A stretch of 52,567 bases of DNA, the filler included, from Trypethelium eluteriae (Eukaryota), in assembly GCA_051942245.1 (NCBI GenBank). It is 3 parts of 3 records of this genome, joined end to end, with 100 filler letters (N's around TTAATTAATTAA, not from the genome) between each part and the next. Parts side by side here need not be neighbours in the genome. Positions count along the whole stretch, not along the records: positions 1 to 17,478 come from JAVECL010000589.1; 2 more parts are not named here. One strand, 5' to 3'. How positions within the stretch are numbered: position 1 is the stretch's first letter; every line of letters starts with the position of its first letter. The position numbers and the translations under genes are program-made. Positions 1 through 12,899 of the stretch are shown here, piece after piece. The notes beneath the pieces were generated by a model. It was not told the DNA's origin and searched no databases. It saw only the letters and a list, made by a program, of their open reading frames with translations.

Positions 1-1509
1 GGGCAGTAGTGGTGGTGGTGGTGGAAGCTGAGTCGGGAGGAAGAGGATGGTTGGTGAAGTCGCCCCAGATGTATTTGACTTCGGGGAGGTCGAGGGGGTG
101 GACGTCTTGCGTTTCCGCCATGGCGAGGGTGCGGAGCAGGAGCAGAGTGTAGAGGGCTGAGGCGGCTTCGGTGGGGGCTACGTCTTTGGCGATGGATTCG
201 ACGGAGCGGTTGCAGAGGGCGGCGTGGTAGGTGGCTTGGGCGAGGTCGTGGCATTGCTGGCTGCAGAAGATGGCGGTGTCGCATTCAGCACAGGAGACGG
301 TGTTGGTAGCAGTTATTGAGTTGAGTTCGGGGAGGTCGGAGCTACAAGCGTCACAAAGAGTGTCGTTGAGGCGGTTGTTGGCTGTCAAAACTGACGTCTC
401 ATCCAAAATGATTTCTCCCGGAGCGAGATCCTCTGAAGCGAAGACACCGAGTTGTTTGATCGTAGAGGTATTCTCAGAAGCGCTTAAGTTACCATGAATA
501 GTAAGTATTACGAAGCCACAAGAGGAATAATAAGTACAAGCAGATAAATGGCGCCAAAATCTTGTAAGTCCTCTCGGAAGGCTGGTAGGCTCACCTTTGA
601 TCTGAATTGTTGTGGTCCGGGGACAATACTGGCAGCTCAGTTACACGTACTTCCAGTTTGGGGGCTACTTTATGCATTTCAAGGTTCATTGTTTGGAGCG
701 AAGCTTCGGATAGGCGATCAGGTTCATAGTCGTTCCATGGATAGAGTTCTCGGCGGACATAGCTTTGTTCTGGCCATTCAGACGTGGGAAGTGATTCGAA
801 ATCAACAGTACCATCCTTCTCCTTGAGATGACAGCAAGCCTTTTGTTGCATGAGGACGGCGAGTTCCTCTAGCTTGGACGAATCAACGTTTGGGACATCT
901 TTTAGAGTCTGCAGTCCTCTCGAACATAGGTCCATGGCGCTGCGGAGACATCCGCAGTCGATGAGTGCCTGAACGAGCAGTCGATATCTGTATGTAGCAT
1001 TAGCCCTTGAGTCGACGCACCCTACCGGACTGATTAGGGTTGATCGGAGATAAGACTTCATTTTACATACCACTGACAATTGGGGGAGGATGAAATGACT
1101 ATCCCCGGTGAAGCTGTACATGGCGCCTCCAAGTCAGTAGTCAAAAAAATATAAGAGCTTACGCTATCTCGCGCCAGGGGCCGCTGGCAAGTGCCATAAT
1201 TCTATCATTGGAGATACCCTTCGGCTGCTCTGATCCCTTGTCCTGAAGTGTGAGTCCTGCAACGGCATCGGCCAGGTCGTCACCGGGAGACTTCAGAAAA
1301 TTCTGTGCGGCTTCGAAAGCCTGTTCATGATATTCTCCAGAATCTTCAAGTACCTCGTCTATTAAAAGTAGAGCCTTGTAGGCATAGCCAGCAGCGAGAT
1401 CGGGATATCTCAGACTTTTGAGCCTCTGCGACAGCGCTAGATGGACAGCTACACTGTAAGGCTCATTTATCAGATTCGTCTGTAAGATACTTAGATTGGC
1501 AAGAGTCAT
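1..1509 (-). CDS. SET/MYND (SMYD-like) lysine methyltransferase-type protein, multi-exon, runs off the left edge
   Basis: ATG 1509. Exons read YPDLAAGYAYKALLL and ELYPWNDYEPDR. A downstream exon missed by the ORF track reads QLGVFASEDLAPGEIILDE (SET-N), then CDAC...CAEC...FCSQQC...YHAALC (MYND finger). GT donors at 1162, 1070 and 594. Confidence 0.75.
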
Positions 1510-1818
1510 GGTAGAAGCTAAAGTCCGATTTGAGATTTGACTGCTTGATAGAGGCTTTGGAGGAGGTTGTGTGCTGGTGTTTTTTTTTTTTTTTTCTTTT
1601 TATGCACGAGTCATGTATTACATTACGGAACGCTCTGGTGCGCTCATCCCGCAAGCTAGATCAGTACCAAAAGTGGAGATGATCAAAGAACTTTTGGCTT
1701 GGTCCGCGATAAAAGCGTGAGTCACGCCATTTGCACTGGGACTTTTGATCACACTTTTGCTCGTAAGAATTGCAACTTCTATGAGAAATTCAATTTGTAT
1801 TCAAAGATACTTTGAAAC

Positions 1819-3585
1819 ATGACCTTTTCTATAAGCGGCCTTCTGGACGGCCTTGCACGCCTGTCTATGCCCATTTGGGCAAGGGCAGAAAGACGCCCAG
1901 CATTCCTGCACGTAAGATCATCCAAATTGTTCATCATGTTGAGTGTCAGTATAGCTACTTTCACGGTATGTCTGATTTTGTCTTGGAGATACAATCGCTA
2001 AGGAGTCCTGGTTGATGCCCACGTCAGGACATATTTTTATACGCTGTCATTGTTCCTGTGATACCTTTTGCCCTAGAAACGCGAGCTGGTGTAGCACCGG
2101 AAAGGGGTGAGTCGCTCGCAGGAACCCGATGATTATTGCCCATTGCTGATTGTATGCCATTTTAGTTCAATACTGGGTTAGTTTGCTTGTTGCTATCTAT
2201 GGGGCGGCATTGCTTGCGGCGGCTCGTAAGTGTTTCTGCTGCTCCAAGCTATACCTATACTGAATCTTCCAGCATTCTGCGGTTGGTTTGCCGACCACAC
2301 CACAACTCGCCGAGCACCACTGTTGCTGGGTCTCCTTGCTCTCGCTGGAGCAACGGTGATGCTTTGCGTGGGTTCCAGCGTAGGTGTCATAATTGCAGGT
2401 CGAATCTTGCAAGGTGTGTCCGCCGCTGTCGTATGGGTTGTTGGGCTTGCATTGCTAGTGGATACTGTTGGCGAAAAAGAGATTGGACAAGCGATGGGAT
2501 ACATGGGCTTAGCTATGAGCTTAGGAATTCTTGTTGGACCGCTGCTTGGTGGCGTTGTTTTCGCAGCGTGCGTTCACTCAACTCGGCCGATATGATATAT
2601 CCTGCTAACAAGACGTAGCGCAGGCTACTACGCGGTCTTCGCGATGACATTCGGACTGATTGGACTGGACATCGTCCTGCGACTCGTTTTGATCGAAAAG
2701 AAGGTTGCGCGAAAATGGACTGACATGGATGAGATACCTACCAATGACATCCCTTCAGTCTCAGATGCGGGTGATGTGGAATTAAGACTTCAACAGATGG
2801 ACTCGCGGTCCAAAAGGGCCGATACAGCGGCACACGACGGCCAGAGCGAAGGAGTACAGGCCGAAGATCATAGTAAATCGACAAGCCTTCGACACCGTCT
2901 GCCACCAGTCATCACGTTGCTCAGCTCGCGCCGCCTCCTTGCTGGCCTCTGGGGTTGTCTGGTCCTCGCCGGTCTGTTAACTTCTTTTGACGCAACCTTA
3001 CCGCTGTTTGTTCGCAACACGTTTGGATGGTCCTCGACTGGTGCCGGTCTTATTTTCCTTGCCCTCGTTATACCGACTCTCGTATCTCCATTGATTGGAA
3101 AATTGAGCGATCGTCATGGTCCAAGATGGTTTGTGACTGCAGGTTTCGTGATCAATACACCGTTTCTAGTGCTTCTGAGATATGTGACGCATGATAGCCT
3201 GAGCCAAAAGGTCTTGCTATGTGCGTTGTTGTTTTTTGTTGGGTTAAGTACTACGTTGGTGTTTGCCCCAATTAGTGCGGAGATCACACACGTTGTAGAA
3301 GCCAAGGAAAAGAAAAGCCCGGGGCTCTACGGGACAAATGGGGCAATGGCACAGGCGTATGGGCTTTTTAACATGGCCTGGGCGGGCGGTACTCTTGTCG
3401 GGCCAGTTTGGGCTGGTATGGTAAAGGAAAGGGCTGGATGGGGCACAATGGCCTGGTCTCTTGCGCTCCTGAGCTTCGTAACTGCATTCCCTACTGCTGT
3501 CTGGACTGGAGGCTTGATAACCAGACCCGTGCGCCGAAGCATGGCACAGCAACAGAATTCGGCCCCTCTCAATGCTGAGTGCTAG
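1819..3585 (+). CDS. MFS transporter (amine/DHA1-like), multi-exon
   Basis: Spliced reading RSSKLFIMLSVSIATFT|DIFLYAVIVPVIPFAL, GWFADHTTTRR (motif A-like), GRILQGVSAAVVWVVGLALLVDTVG and GKLSDRHGPR. Many hydrophobic helices; introns of roughly 50-60 nt. Confidence 0.9.
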
Positions 3586-5250
3586 TAGTGAGCAAAATAA
3601 GGATCGCTCACCACACTCATCGCCTGATATGGGATTTGCAGTATGCGGAGCGGCCTGAAGGGAGCGAGCAAATCACATCGCCAATGATTATGTCGCAGCC
3701 AAAACTCACCTTGAAACGTTCGTGGGTCCATGGAAGTCCAGGCTTGATCATGTACGATTTTGCGCAGTCCGAACCTTTAGCTAGAACGATCCTCGCAATC
3801 TGCACAAAGATTGCTGCTATTGGCTCCTAACGACACTGCATTGGTAGCGAAGAGTAGTGAACCTAAAAAGGCGTAACGCAAGCAGCAGTCATACGGATGG
3901 CCATGTCTCGACGTTGGCCTCGTGGTAGTTAAGTAGAGACCGGTCTAGACCGTTGTTCATTTCTGTCAGGCGGTTCGGTCCGTTGTTGGTAAACGAGGCT
4001 TGACCGGATAAACGGTGGATAGAGGAGGGTATTATTCCGTACGGCTGCATGATCATTATTTCGTCTGGTCCATACGATGGCAATCTGTTTGCGACTCAAA
4101 GGTTCGGAGAAATAGGTTGAAGTGCGATTTCCGTAATTAGAATGACTATCCTGGTGGTCAAACAGCGGAAAATAGGAAGGGACAAAAGGGCGCTCGAGCT
4201 TGAGGCAAACAGGACAGAGGCGTAATATGGATTGTTACACGACAAACTCTGAGAGTATATTGGGAAATGGCTGTGTGATGGAGCGCTTGCTGCGGTAAGT
4301 ACGGAATTGGAGTACAGCGCAGAGTTAGTCCTTGCAGGGCTTGGGCATTTCCTTCAAGAATACAGGGTCGACATTTCCTGGAGGTAATGTTGATTTAAGG
4401 AGATTACGCGTTACTGACGAAGCATCCTTTTATCATGGCTACAAGTGCATTGAACACAAGAAGCCAAGCTCTTGGAAGTGCTGGATGGAGAAGGCAACCT
4501 CCTCGCATTAAAAGGTTGCCTAAGCCACGAGTCGGCCTTCGGGGCTTGGCCGGAGTACGGAGTAACCACGGCGTAACCACGGTGTAACCGGTGCAGGCAA
4601 GAGGCCTCCAGGCCTCGTAGGCGACTGCGTGTTCCCTTCGGCGTTTTCAATTGACTCACGACTTAGCGCCGACCAATTGGATGCCTCAGGAGGCTGAGCT
4701 GCATCTAAGCATCACGTGAGCTGGCCTCTAACAAAGGTCGCAGTGTGGCGGTTGGCGATCCTTAGATGAATCTCGATTCTCGAACGTTTCGTAGGCAAGG
4801 TGGGCCAAGCTTGCCCAAGAATACCTACCTAACCTTACGCAAGGATGGGCAAGGATGCGCTCTTGCCTTCCAGCCCTGTCATCCTCCTCCCTCGACATGT
4901 TTTGGGCCCATGCCGCCTTCCGTGGCATCGCCGATGGCCAGGCTTCAACTTTATGATCGTGATTTAACAACCGCGACCGCCGCGCTACTCCATTCATCCG
5001 CCAACTATTCACCTACACTCGAGATCAACGTCTCCCGATGCTGTCACACACTGTTATAAACTCCCAATCCACCCCAACCGAGAACTCTACGGCCAGTCAG
5101 ACGTGCTATTTCTCCCTCAGAGTCCAGACAAACTCTCATTTCTCGGACGAGACACCTTGCTCGTCGCCAACGTCAGCCGAGTTTTCAGCGTCTGGCACGC
5201 TGTCTGATCCGAACAACCCTTTACTCGCCCTTCGTGGAAATTCTCTCGAC

Positions 5251-5550
5251 ATGGCCTCTCCCACCCGCGGCAGTATACTCCAGCTCCAGACATCTGCGGC
5301 CCACCCCTCGCGTCCTCGACCTCAACCACTTCAGGATATGCTTGTCACGAGTGACGATTCCAGTGACTCTTCCTCCTCTTCTTCGATAAGTTCCAGCTCC
5401 ACTCCGGCTATTCAAACAGTCCGATGCTCAAGATGTCACCGAACGACGAGCGTCGACAATTCAATGCCGCAAAAGAGCGGGATGCTCCAGTACGGAGTGA
5501 ACCAGTGGTACTGCACGCGATGCGCTACCATCGTTGGCTACGGACGCTGA
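5251..5550 (+). CDS. Small Ser-rich protein with C-terminal CxxC...CxxC putative zinc ribbon
   Basis: RCSRCHR...QYGVNQWYCTRCATIVGY at the C-terminus. The frame is open from 5038, so the start is uncertain. Confidence 0.6.
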   Translation: MASPTRGSILQLQTSAAHPSRPRPQPLQDMLVTSDDSSDSSSSSSISSSSTPAIQTVRCSRCHRTTSVDNSMPQKSGMLQYGVNQWYCTRCATIVGYGR

Positions 5551-8377
5551 AAGAGAAAATTCACACGCCATCATTTTCAATCCATCCGTTCCAGGAAAAC
5601 GCCGTCTGGTCTCAACCACGCAGAACTACACTGCACCCTCACACGCGCCCTCCTGCGGACATGTCAGAAGCCTGCCTAAAACCGTGTACATAGGATGTAG
5701 AATGGCTTTTGATATCACGGTGAGCTTGTTGCTCTTACGACAAGTGTACATTTGCACGCGAGGTTTACACGACGTTTTGGACGTATACATGCGCTTGGGG
5801 AGAGTTTCAGCATCTGATTTTCCCAGCGTTGAAGCCAAGTCTTAGCATTGCAGCAGATGCTTGAGGGGCAATGAAGGCCCTCGGCTCTTGAGGAATGGAG
5901 GGTGAAGGTCCCATTAGTGGACGTGACGAGACTGAGAGGCGGATACTTGTGTTCGATGCATTTTTCCTTCAAACTTGTGATACCCCTACTTTGATAGCAA
6001 CAATGAAATTGATGAAGTCAAATGATCAAATTATAGGCACATTATTATTTTAGGACATGTGCTCGTTACCAAGTATCAGCAATTTGGCGGCAAAACAATG
6101 ACCTGACATGCTGAAAACAGGTATTCCGCACTGCCCTTCCATCCCTCATCGATCGGGCTGTAACTCCACATCATCGGTCGATTTCCCGATCTCCCGCTAG
6201 AGACTCGGCCAGCTACACCTGCAGGCCCCACTAACTACCTGAGCCACAACTGCCAAAAGCCGGCATGCGAGACCAACAATAATCGTTGATACGTAAGGTG
6301 AGAAACGTACAACAAGCGACCTGTCAAAAGCTGCGACGTCTCGAGTAGGCATATTGTTTACCTGGGGCTAGCTCATCAGCAATGCATTGACTTCCCATAG
6401 TCGAGCAAAAGGATTCAGTACGGAGTGCTCCGTAAGGACAGTACAAAATTCTCTTACCGAAGAAAGGTATCACGCGCCTCTCTATCATTTTAACTCTGAC
6501 TCCAATAGTATCCATCAGCTTCACAAGCCATAGCGCATCGTCTGGAAGTTACCGATAACGAATTTTAGGCATGGATTTGTTAGTACGCGACCTTATGCGG
6601 TAAGGGGTCGTGTAAGAGCACGAGGGACGCAAATCTGACATTGCGCGACATCGGATTTTGAACATCGACACATCGCATTCTTCAGGCGTGGAGCCAACCA
6701 AGGGGAGCGCGGGGCCCCCGCTGTTTGCGCTACTCTAAAAATTTCTCGTTCGCTTTCGGTGCTTTCCTTGCTTTGTGGAAAACCCGAGATCTTGGAACGA
6801 GCGGGTCATCGGATTTTGTGTGCTATCGATACCGGTCTTCTCCACTTACTCGGTATACATGCTCTGCATCGCCACCCAGCGCGCGGAGTTGGTTCCGGGT
6901 CGGCAACGTATTTTTTGATCTCAGTTGATTCTTCCGATGCGCATTTCAAGTCGCTGCACGCACTGCTTGGTAGGTCTCGTTTTTCTCACGGTGGGACATC
7001 CTTCCGTAAACGATCGCCATGCGACAACATCGCGGCATACGTCCCGGACAATTGTGCGGCTCGACAAGAACACCTTTGAACTCGCTCAGGTCACGATCCT
7101 AAGATCTAGAGGTTTCGCCGAGTCTGACTCTATGCGAGCGCACAGGCTATTCTCTTGAGATGTCTTACGGCCTCAGAGTTGGAGTCGTTGGGTAGAGTAG
7201 CCCAAAAGTTTGGTGTCCTTATGATGGTTGATCCTCATCTCCAACGACGACTTGGAACAGCAATGCTGTGTGTCGTAATCTGGCAAAGAATCCTGTGCAT
7301 ACTCTGATGTCAAGCTAAAGTTACGCCCTCACACCTCGCGTCCGCAGGGTGCCGCACTTGAGCTTATGTTAATTATGAATAAGGCCTTCACGATGGGTTG
7401 CTAAGCAACAAGCACAATCATCGCACGATCAGGCGGTACTCATCTTCGATGGCTTCATTTATCGCATATCTATCATCTACACTCGGCTGAAACCGTTGCT
7501 GCGGCTACCGTGTAGCCAGCTTTGAGCGACGTCTTTGATCTCTTGATCGCCAACTGCACAAGGGCATAGTGAGCAGTCGCAAGAGGTGGTGTTCGCGCCA
7601 CATCAGCAATGTTCCAATCATTGTGTGGCGCGCAAACCTTATCCCTGTAGAACTCTTTGTATAGTAATGATATTCATTGGTAGATCACGATCTCAACTTC
7701 TGCACGGAAGCCATGGAAAATTCTCCGGTTGAGCGCCTAGGCTAGAAATGGTGAAGAACTACAATAAGGTCAGTCGACTTAACCTCCATTGCAATTGCCA
7801 TCAGGCTATCGGTTAAAGCAATTTACTCCCCTTTCCATTGTGCAATTGCTGCTGGTTTACTCCGTACGCACAATTGCGTAATCGGGTTGAACTGATAATG
7901 CGAACGAGAAGAGATCATCTTATCGTGGAGCCCCGGGTGTTTCGAGCCGCCGATATGCCTCCAATGGCTAGCTTATTGTGAAACTCCTTCCATGGGAGTG
8001 CTGTCTTTCTCAAAATGCCTCCAAATTTCTGTATGAGGGACCACTGTGCCTGCCACTCTCCCATCAGCTTAGGAACTTCGTTCCGTGCTCCCTATCCATA
8101 TGTGAAAACTGGCCTTGCACTTGAAGCGGACATTCCAATCCTCCTCGATCCGATCCATTGGATTTGGCCTCCGAAGCGATTGATAGCGGAGATTGGCTCT
8201 GTTAGGTATCATTGGTCCGCATCAAACTCGGAGGCTTTCAAGTCGGTGGTAGAGTATGGTCAGACCGCCACCAGACTAATTGTAGAGTAGCGTGCGCCTC
8301 CTGTAAGTTCAATTAATTCGTGGCTACAGTACTCCAATACTTTCCTCATCAAAGACTTTCTTATACGCCTTATTGAT

Positions 8378-10450
8378 ATGCTCTGTATTGTCTGTAGAAA
8401 CTGTCTCACGTCACTACTGACCCAGCAAGATGCATCTCGGGGCATCGCGCATCAACGCACGAGCAAGGCCCTTCAGAAGTCTCAGGAGCAAGGCTGTATC
8501 ATATGCCGCGATTTGTATGTATATATTGAGCCGACCAAAACCAAATTTCTAGAACGGATCATGCCACCTACTCCATTCACATTCTGCACTCGTGCTTCAC
8601 CTAGACATTTGGAGTCAGGAGCCGACCTTCCGGACTCACGATGCTGGTTATTCTTCAAGCACAATATCCCCAACGGGAGAGTGATTCGTGTTGACTTAGA
8701 TCCCAATCAAGCATCTTATGGTGAGTCAAAAGACGTCTGCCTATATTTGCACCTTGCCTAGTGATTTGGAAGGTGCAAACTTTGGTTGGCAAGCACTCTG
8801 TAGCTTCGAGGCCAGATAAGTGCTGGATGTGACTGATATGAAGTCGCAGATAAGCCTAGACCCTACAATGACTGTACACCGAGCAACACAGGCTCAGCTT
8901 TATGTACCTCACTTGCTCAGAAATGGCTAGAAACTTGTCTGTGCAACCACGATATATGTAGAAACGACGACCGGGTCGATCGGAGACCGACGCGTTTACT
9001 GGACCTTGAGCCTCCAGGTCACGTCACGCAGCCTGAAATGACTATAAGCCTTACAGCCTCGCCGCCGGCTGCACCATACATGACGCTCAGTCATTGCTGG
9101 GGTGCTTTAAAGACAATCAAGCTTCTGAAGAACAATGTAAGAGATTTTTGCTCCGGCTTGCCCGTAGACGGCCTGCCTGCCACGTACAAAGATGCCATTC
9201 ATATCACAAAGGCTCTTGGGGTGCGTTATCTATGGATTGATTCGTTGTGTATAATCCAAGATTCCGAAGAGGATTGGCTCCATGAAGCCGCTGCAATGAG
9301 TACCGTGTACTCTTTTTCTTACTGCAATATCGCCGCCCTTGATGCCGCTGATAGCCATGGTGGCTGCTTTTTCGAGCGAGATCCATCACGAGTTGATATC
9401 GAAAACTTGGAGGTTCAACATCCACAGGGTCAAGGATCGCGGGAATATGAAGTTTCGACACACACTGACTGGGTTGGTACCTTGGAACAAAGTCCTCTCT
9501 ATCATCGGGCGTGGGTTCTGCAAGAGCGTATTCTGCCTCCTCGAACCTTGTTGTATGGCAAGCACCAAATCCTATGGGAGTGTCGAAGCCATGCTGCTTG
9601 CGAAACGTTCCCCAGTGGTGTCCCAGAGGAAATCAAACCATACGCTGTCTTTCATTCAAAGCAAATGCTTACAAAACCTGACTTAGCTTCACCGCGGGAA
9701 AAGTTCTGGGACGACGTCGTTGAGCGATACAGCTGTGGTAATCTAACTCATCTTAGTGATAAATTAGTGGCAATATCGGGGATTGCATCCGTCTACGGCC
9801 CAGCAGACGATTACTTGGCAGGCGTTTGGCGGAAAACGCTCCTCCCGGATCTATTATGGCACGTTCCCGAGCTCAAACAATTTAACGGGCAGCCTTCAGT
9901 TCGACCGGCGGACTACCGGGCTCCATCGTGGTCTTGGGCTTCGGTGGAAGGTGAGATCTCTTACATGCACCGCCATACCAAACAAATAATAGCACGAGTT
10001 CTTGATGCTCAGACTACATCTCTCCTGCCGCCCACCGCGTCCGGAAAGCTTACTGCTGAAGACCGTGCCAAATCTAAGTTCTCCAAAGTCACTGCTGGAT
10101 ACATACAGATCAGCGGTCTATTTGGCGAAGCATGCCTGATCAAGAAGAAAGAAAATAAGCAGCTTTTCTTTATCATGAGTAAAATCAGCCCTCAAAGCCG
10201 AAACGCAGACCCGAGCCAGGTCGAACACTTGAAACAAAAACTGAATGATGCATCGATATGGCTTGACGAGTATCACCACGCGCGACCTCCGCCTCGGGTG
10301 CTATACTGGATACTCGTTAGCACGGAAAAAGGCTTGGTACTTTGTAGATCACATCAGGGCTCGTATCAACGACTAGGTATGTTCGTCGTTAAGGAGCTCG
10401 ACGCTGTGCAGTTCGAGAACATTCCTCACGCTACAATCGAAGTCGTCTGA
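8378..10450 (+). CDS. HET-domain (heterokaryon incompatibility) protein
   Basis: Exon 1 MLCIVC...GCIIC. After an intron (GTGAGT near 8721): WLETCLCNH, PTRLLDL, YMTLSHCWG, RYLWIDSLCIIQD, RAWVLQERIL, DKLVAISGIA, RAPSWSWASV. Confidence 0.93.
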
Positions 10451-11234
10451 TTCCAGAATATCCAATGGGAAGTGCTAGAGCTTTCAAGAGCAATCACGGT
10501 GGCTCCTCAGTGCATGATCAGGATATGTCAACCAACGCCGAACTCGTCCAACGCTTATTGAAGCAGGAAAGCTTGAGCACCGTGATCTGCAGATTCATTG
10601 TCAAACGAGGCGATATGGCTAGCTTGCATACGATGTGTGTGAACGCTCTGCAGGACAGCAGTTCGGTGTTAAAGAGTTGGGCCCTCCTAGCTTCGTCACA
10701 AGAGACGATACCTTGACGTGAGGAAAGAGCATATGACTCCCGACGAGGTATGCACCAGCAGTGCAATGCCGGAAGCCACTATTCTCGATGACACTTTCAT
10801 GCGCAATACTGCTTTCATGTCCGAGATCATGATCGAGGAGCTCCAGGATCTGGCAGAAAACGGGATAAGATCTGAACTCATTACCTCCATCAAAGATGCT
10901 GGCGTCAAGGATCACCTAAATGTAAAACTAGGAGACCTGAGCGCTTTGTTGGATCCGGTTCTAGAAGAGAGAACCGATGCTGCTATAAAGGCGGAGGTTG
11001 GGTAAAAGAAGTGCCGCCTAGAAGTACTGTGGCATATCGTAGATTCTGTAGGTCAGAGTAAGAGCAACAACGGGTAGGTATTGCTATGGACTATTGTATT
11101 GGCATGAATGGATGGCGTAGGCAGCTCTTAGAGCCAGGGTTGAAAGCCTACGACGTAGTCCTACGAGATGATTATTGGAAGCTCGAAGCCAGGCGCTTCC
11201 GATCTTTGCTAAACAGGAATTGTATGCTCTCGGA

Positions 11235-12594
11235 TCAATGATTCCTCTCCACCACGCCCCTCGCAAATCCCGCAAAATCCGTATCTCCAACCTTCTCCCA
11301 CAGATTCGGCTGGGTAAAAACTGCCAGTGTATTCCGCGCCACCCTCCCGCCATGGCTCACCGTCTTCGGCCCCCGCACGAAATGCGGCACAGCCTTGAAC
11401 CTGCCCTTCGTGATGACCTCGAGTGCCTCGCCCGTCTGGAAAGCCAGGCAGTCCCTGGGGATGTTCACCTTAACGACATCGCCCTCGCGCGAGTGGATGT
11501 AAAGGCCCGCCTCAGGATCAGGGGACGAGGTTAGTTCGGGGAGCGTCGCGAGATGGCCATTGGCGTCGTATTTGGGATCGAAGTGGCCGTACGGAGGATT
11601 CGGCGTGGGTTGCGAGATGGGGCGGTTCGTGCTTTCGTCGATGAACATGGCGGAGGTGAGGCCGGTTAGACAGCCGTGATCCTTGTGCGTGGCGCACCAG
11701 TCGTCGTCTTCGCTGGGGGCGTGTGCCTCGTTGCCCAGTTCTTCGTAAGCGTCTTCTTCCTCGTCGAAGTCGCCTTCTTCTTCGTCCTCGTCGTAGCCCT
11801 CGTCGTCGCCCTCTTCGCCGGCGCCTGTAGCAGCGCCAACGTTGATGCCTGCGGAAGTGGGAGGGCTGCGATTGACGGGGAAGTAGTGCAGAAGCCGGGC
11901 TTTGCTGGAGACGCTGGACTCGACGAGGTGTTCGAGAAAGCCGGCCCTGTAGTCAGGTATCTTCTCCTGAGCATATTTGTCACAAGCGCGGGCGACTAGG
12001 ACGGCAACCTCGATAATCAGAGTGCACAGCTCTTGGAAGGTATCCTTGAAGCCAGGGAGGAGATCCTCAGATGGCCACACATTGGGTGCAGTGTATTCTG
12101 GGAATGACGGATATTGGGAGGCTATGTTTCTTTGGGTATCTTGGTCTTCAAATTCAGGAGCACAATTGACATAATAGGAGCCTTTGAGGGTATCGTAGCG
12201 ACCCGATTTGAGCGTCTCTTTACCACAGGACCAGCCTACGAGCCACTTGGCTTCAGGGACCTCGAGTTTTTCTGCTAGATAATCAATCATAATAAACCGA
12301 ATGTGATTGAGTCTACGTCCCTACCAAGATCTTCTGGGGGCAAATTAGCAAGATATGAAGCATATGACAGCAACTTTCGTCGCAGAGCAGGGAATTCAGG
12401 TGGGACATCTCGCACGACGAGTATTCCTAGAGACGAGGGTCCAAAGGCTTCTTCAAGAACAGAAAATGGAACAGAGTCTGGTCTGATATGAACGGAAGCG
12501 CCAGTTATGGTGTTGATTAAGAATTACCTGCTTCAAGCTCAGCAAGGCTGACTGTCACAGCAGATTGCTGTTTCGCTGCAAGAGTGCTAGCCAT
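11235..12594 (-). CDS. 2-oxoglutarate/Fe(II)-dependent dioxygenase (IPNS-like fold)
   Basis: Exons MASTLAAK...VTVSLAELEAG, EEAFGPSSLGILVV and GWSCGKE...KGSYY. Iron-binding HxD (CATHKDHGCLT), distal His (AVPHFV) and 2OG-binding Arg (ARNTLAVF). Confidence 0.88.
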
Positions 12595-12899
12595 GTCCTC
12601 GAGGCGATCATTTACAAGTTCTCTCACGGAGGAAAGACCTACAGAGATTGACCTCAAGCCGAGCAAAGTTTTACCAGAGCATCACGCCAACGCATCAAGG
12701 CACGCGCCTAAGCAGCAAGGGTTCCAATCGTGCCCTTACCCACGAGTGCCACGACTCTTATTCACTGGATGTCCCATCCTGACCGCATTTTCATTCACCG
12801 CTTCCAACTGCCGGCAAAATTATCTCATCACTCGATAAACCGAAATGATATCTTCTCTCACGGCAACCACGATGAAATCGCTTCGGTCCACGTCAGATC

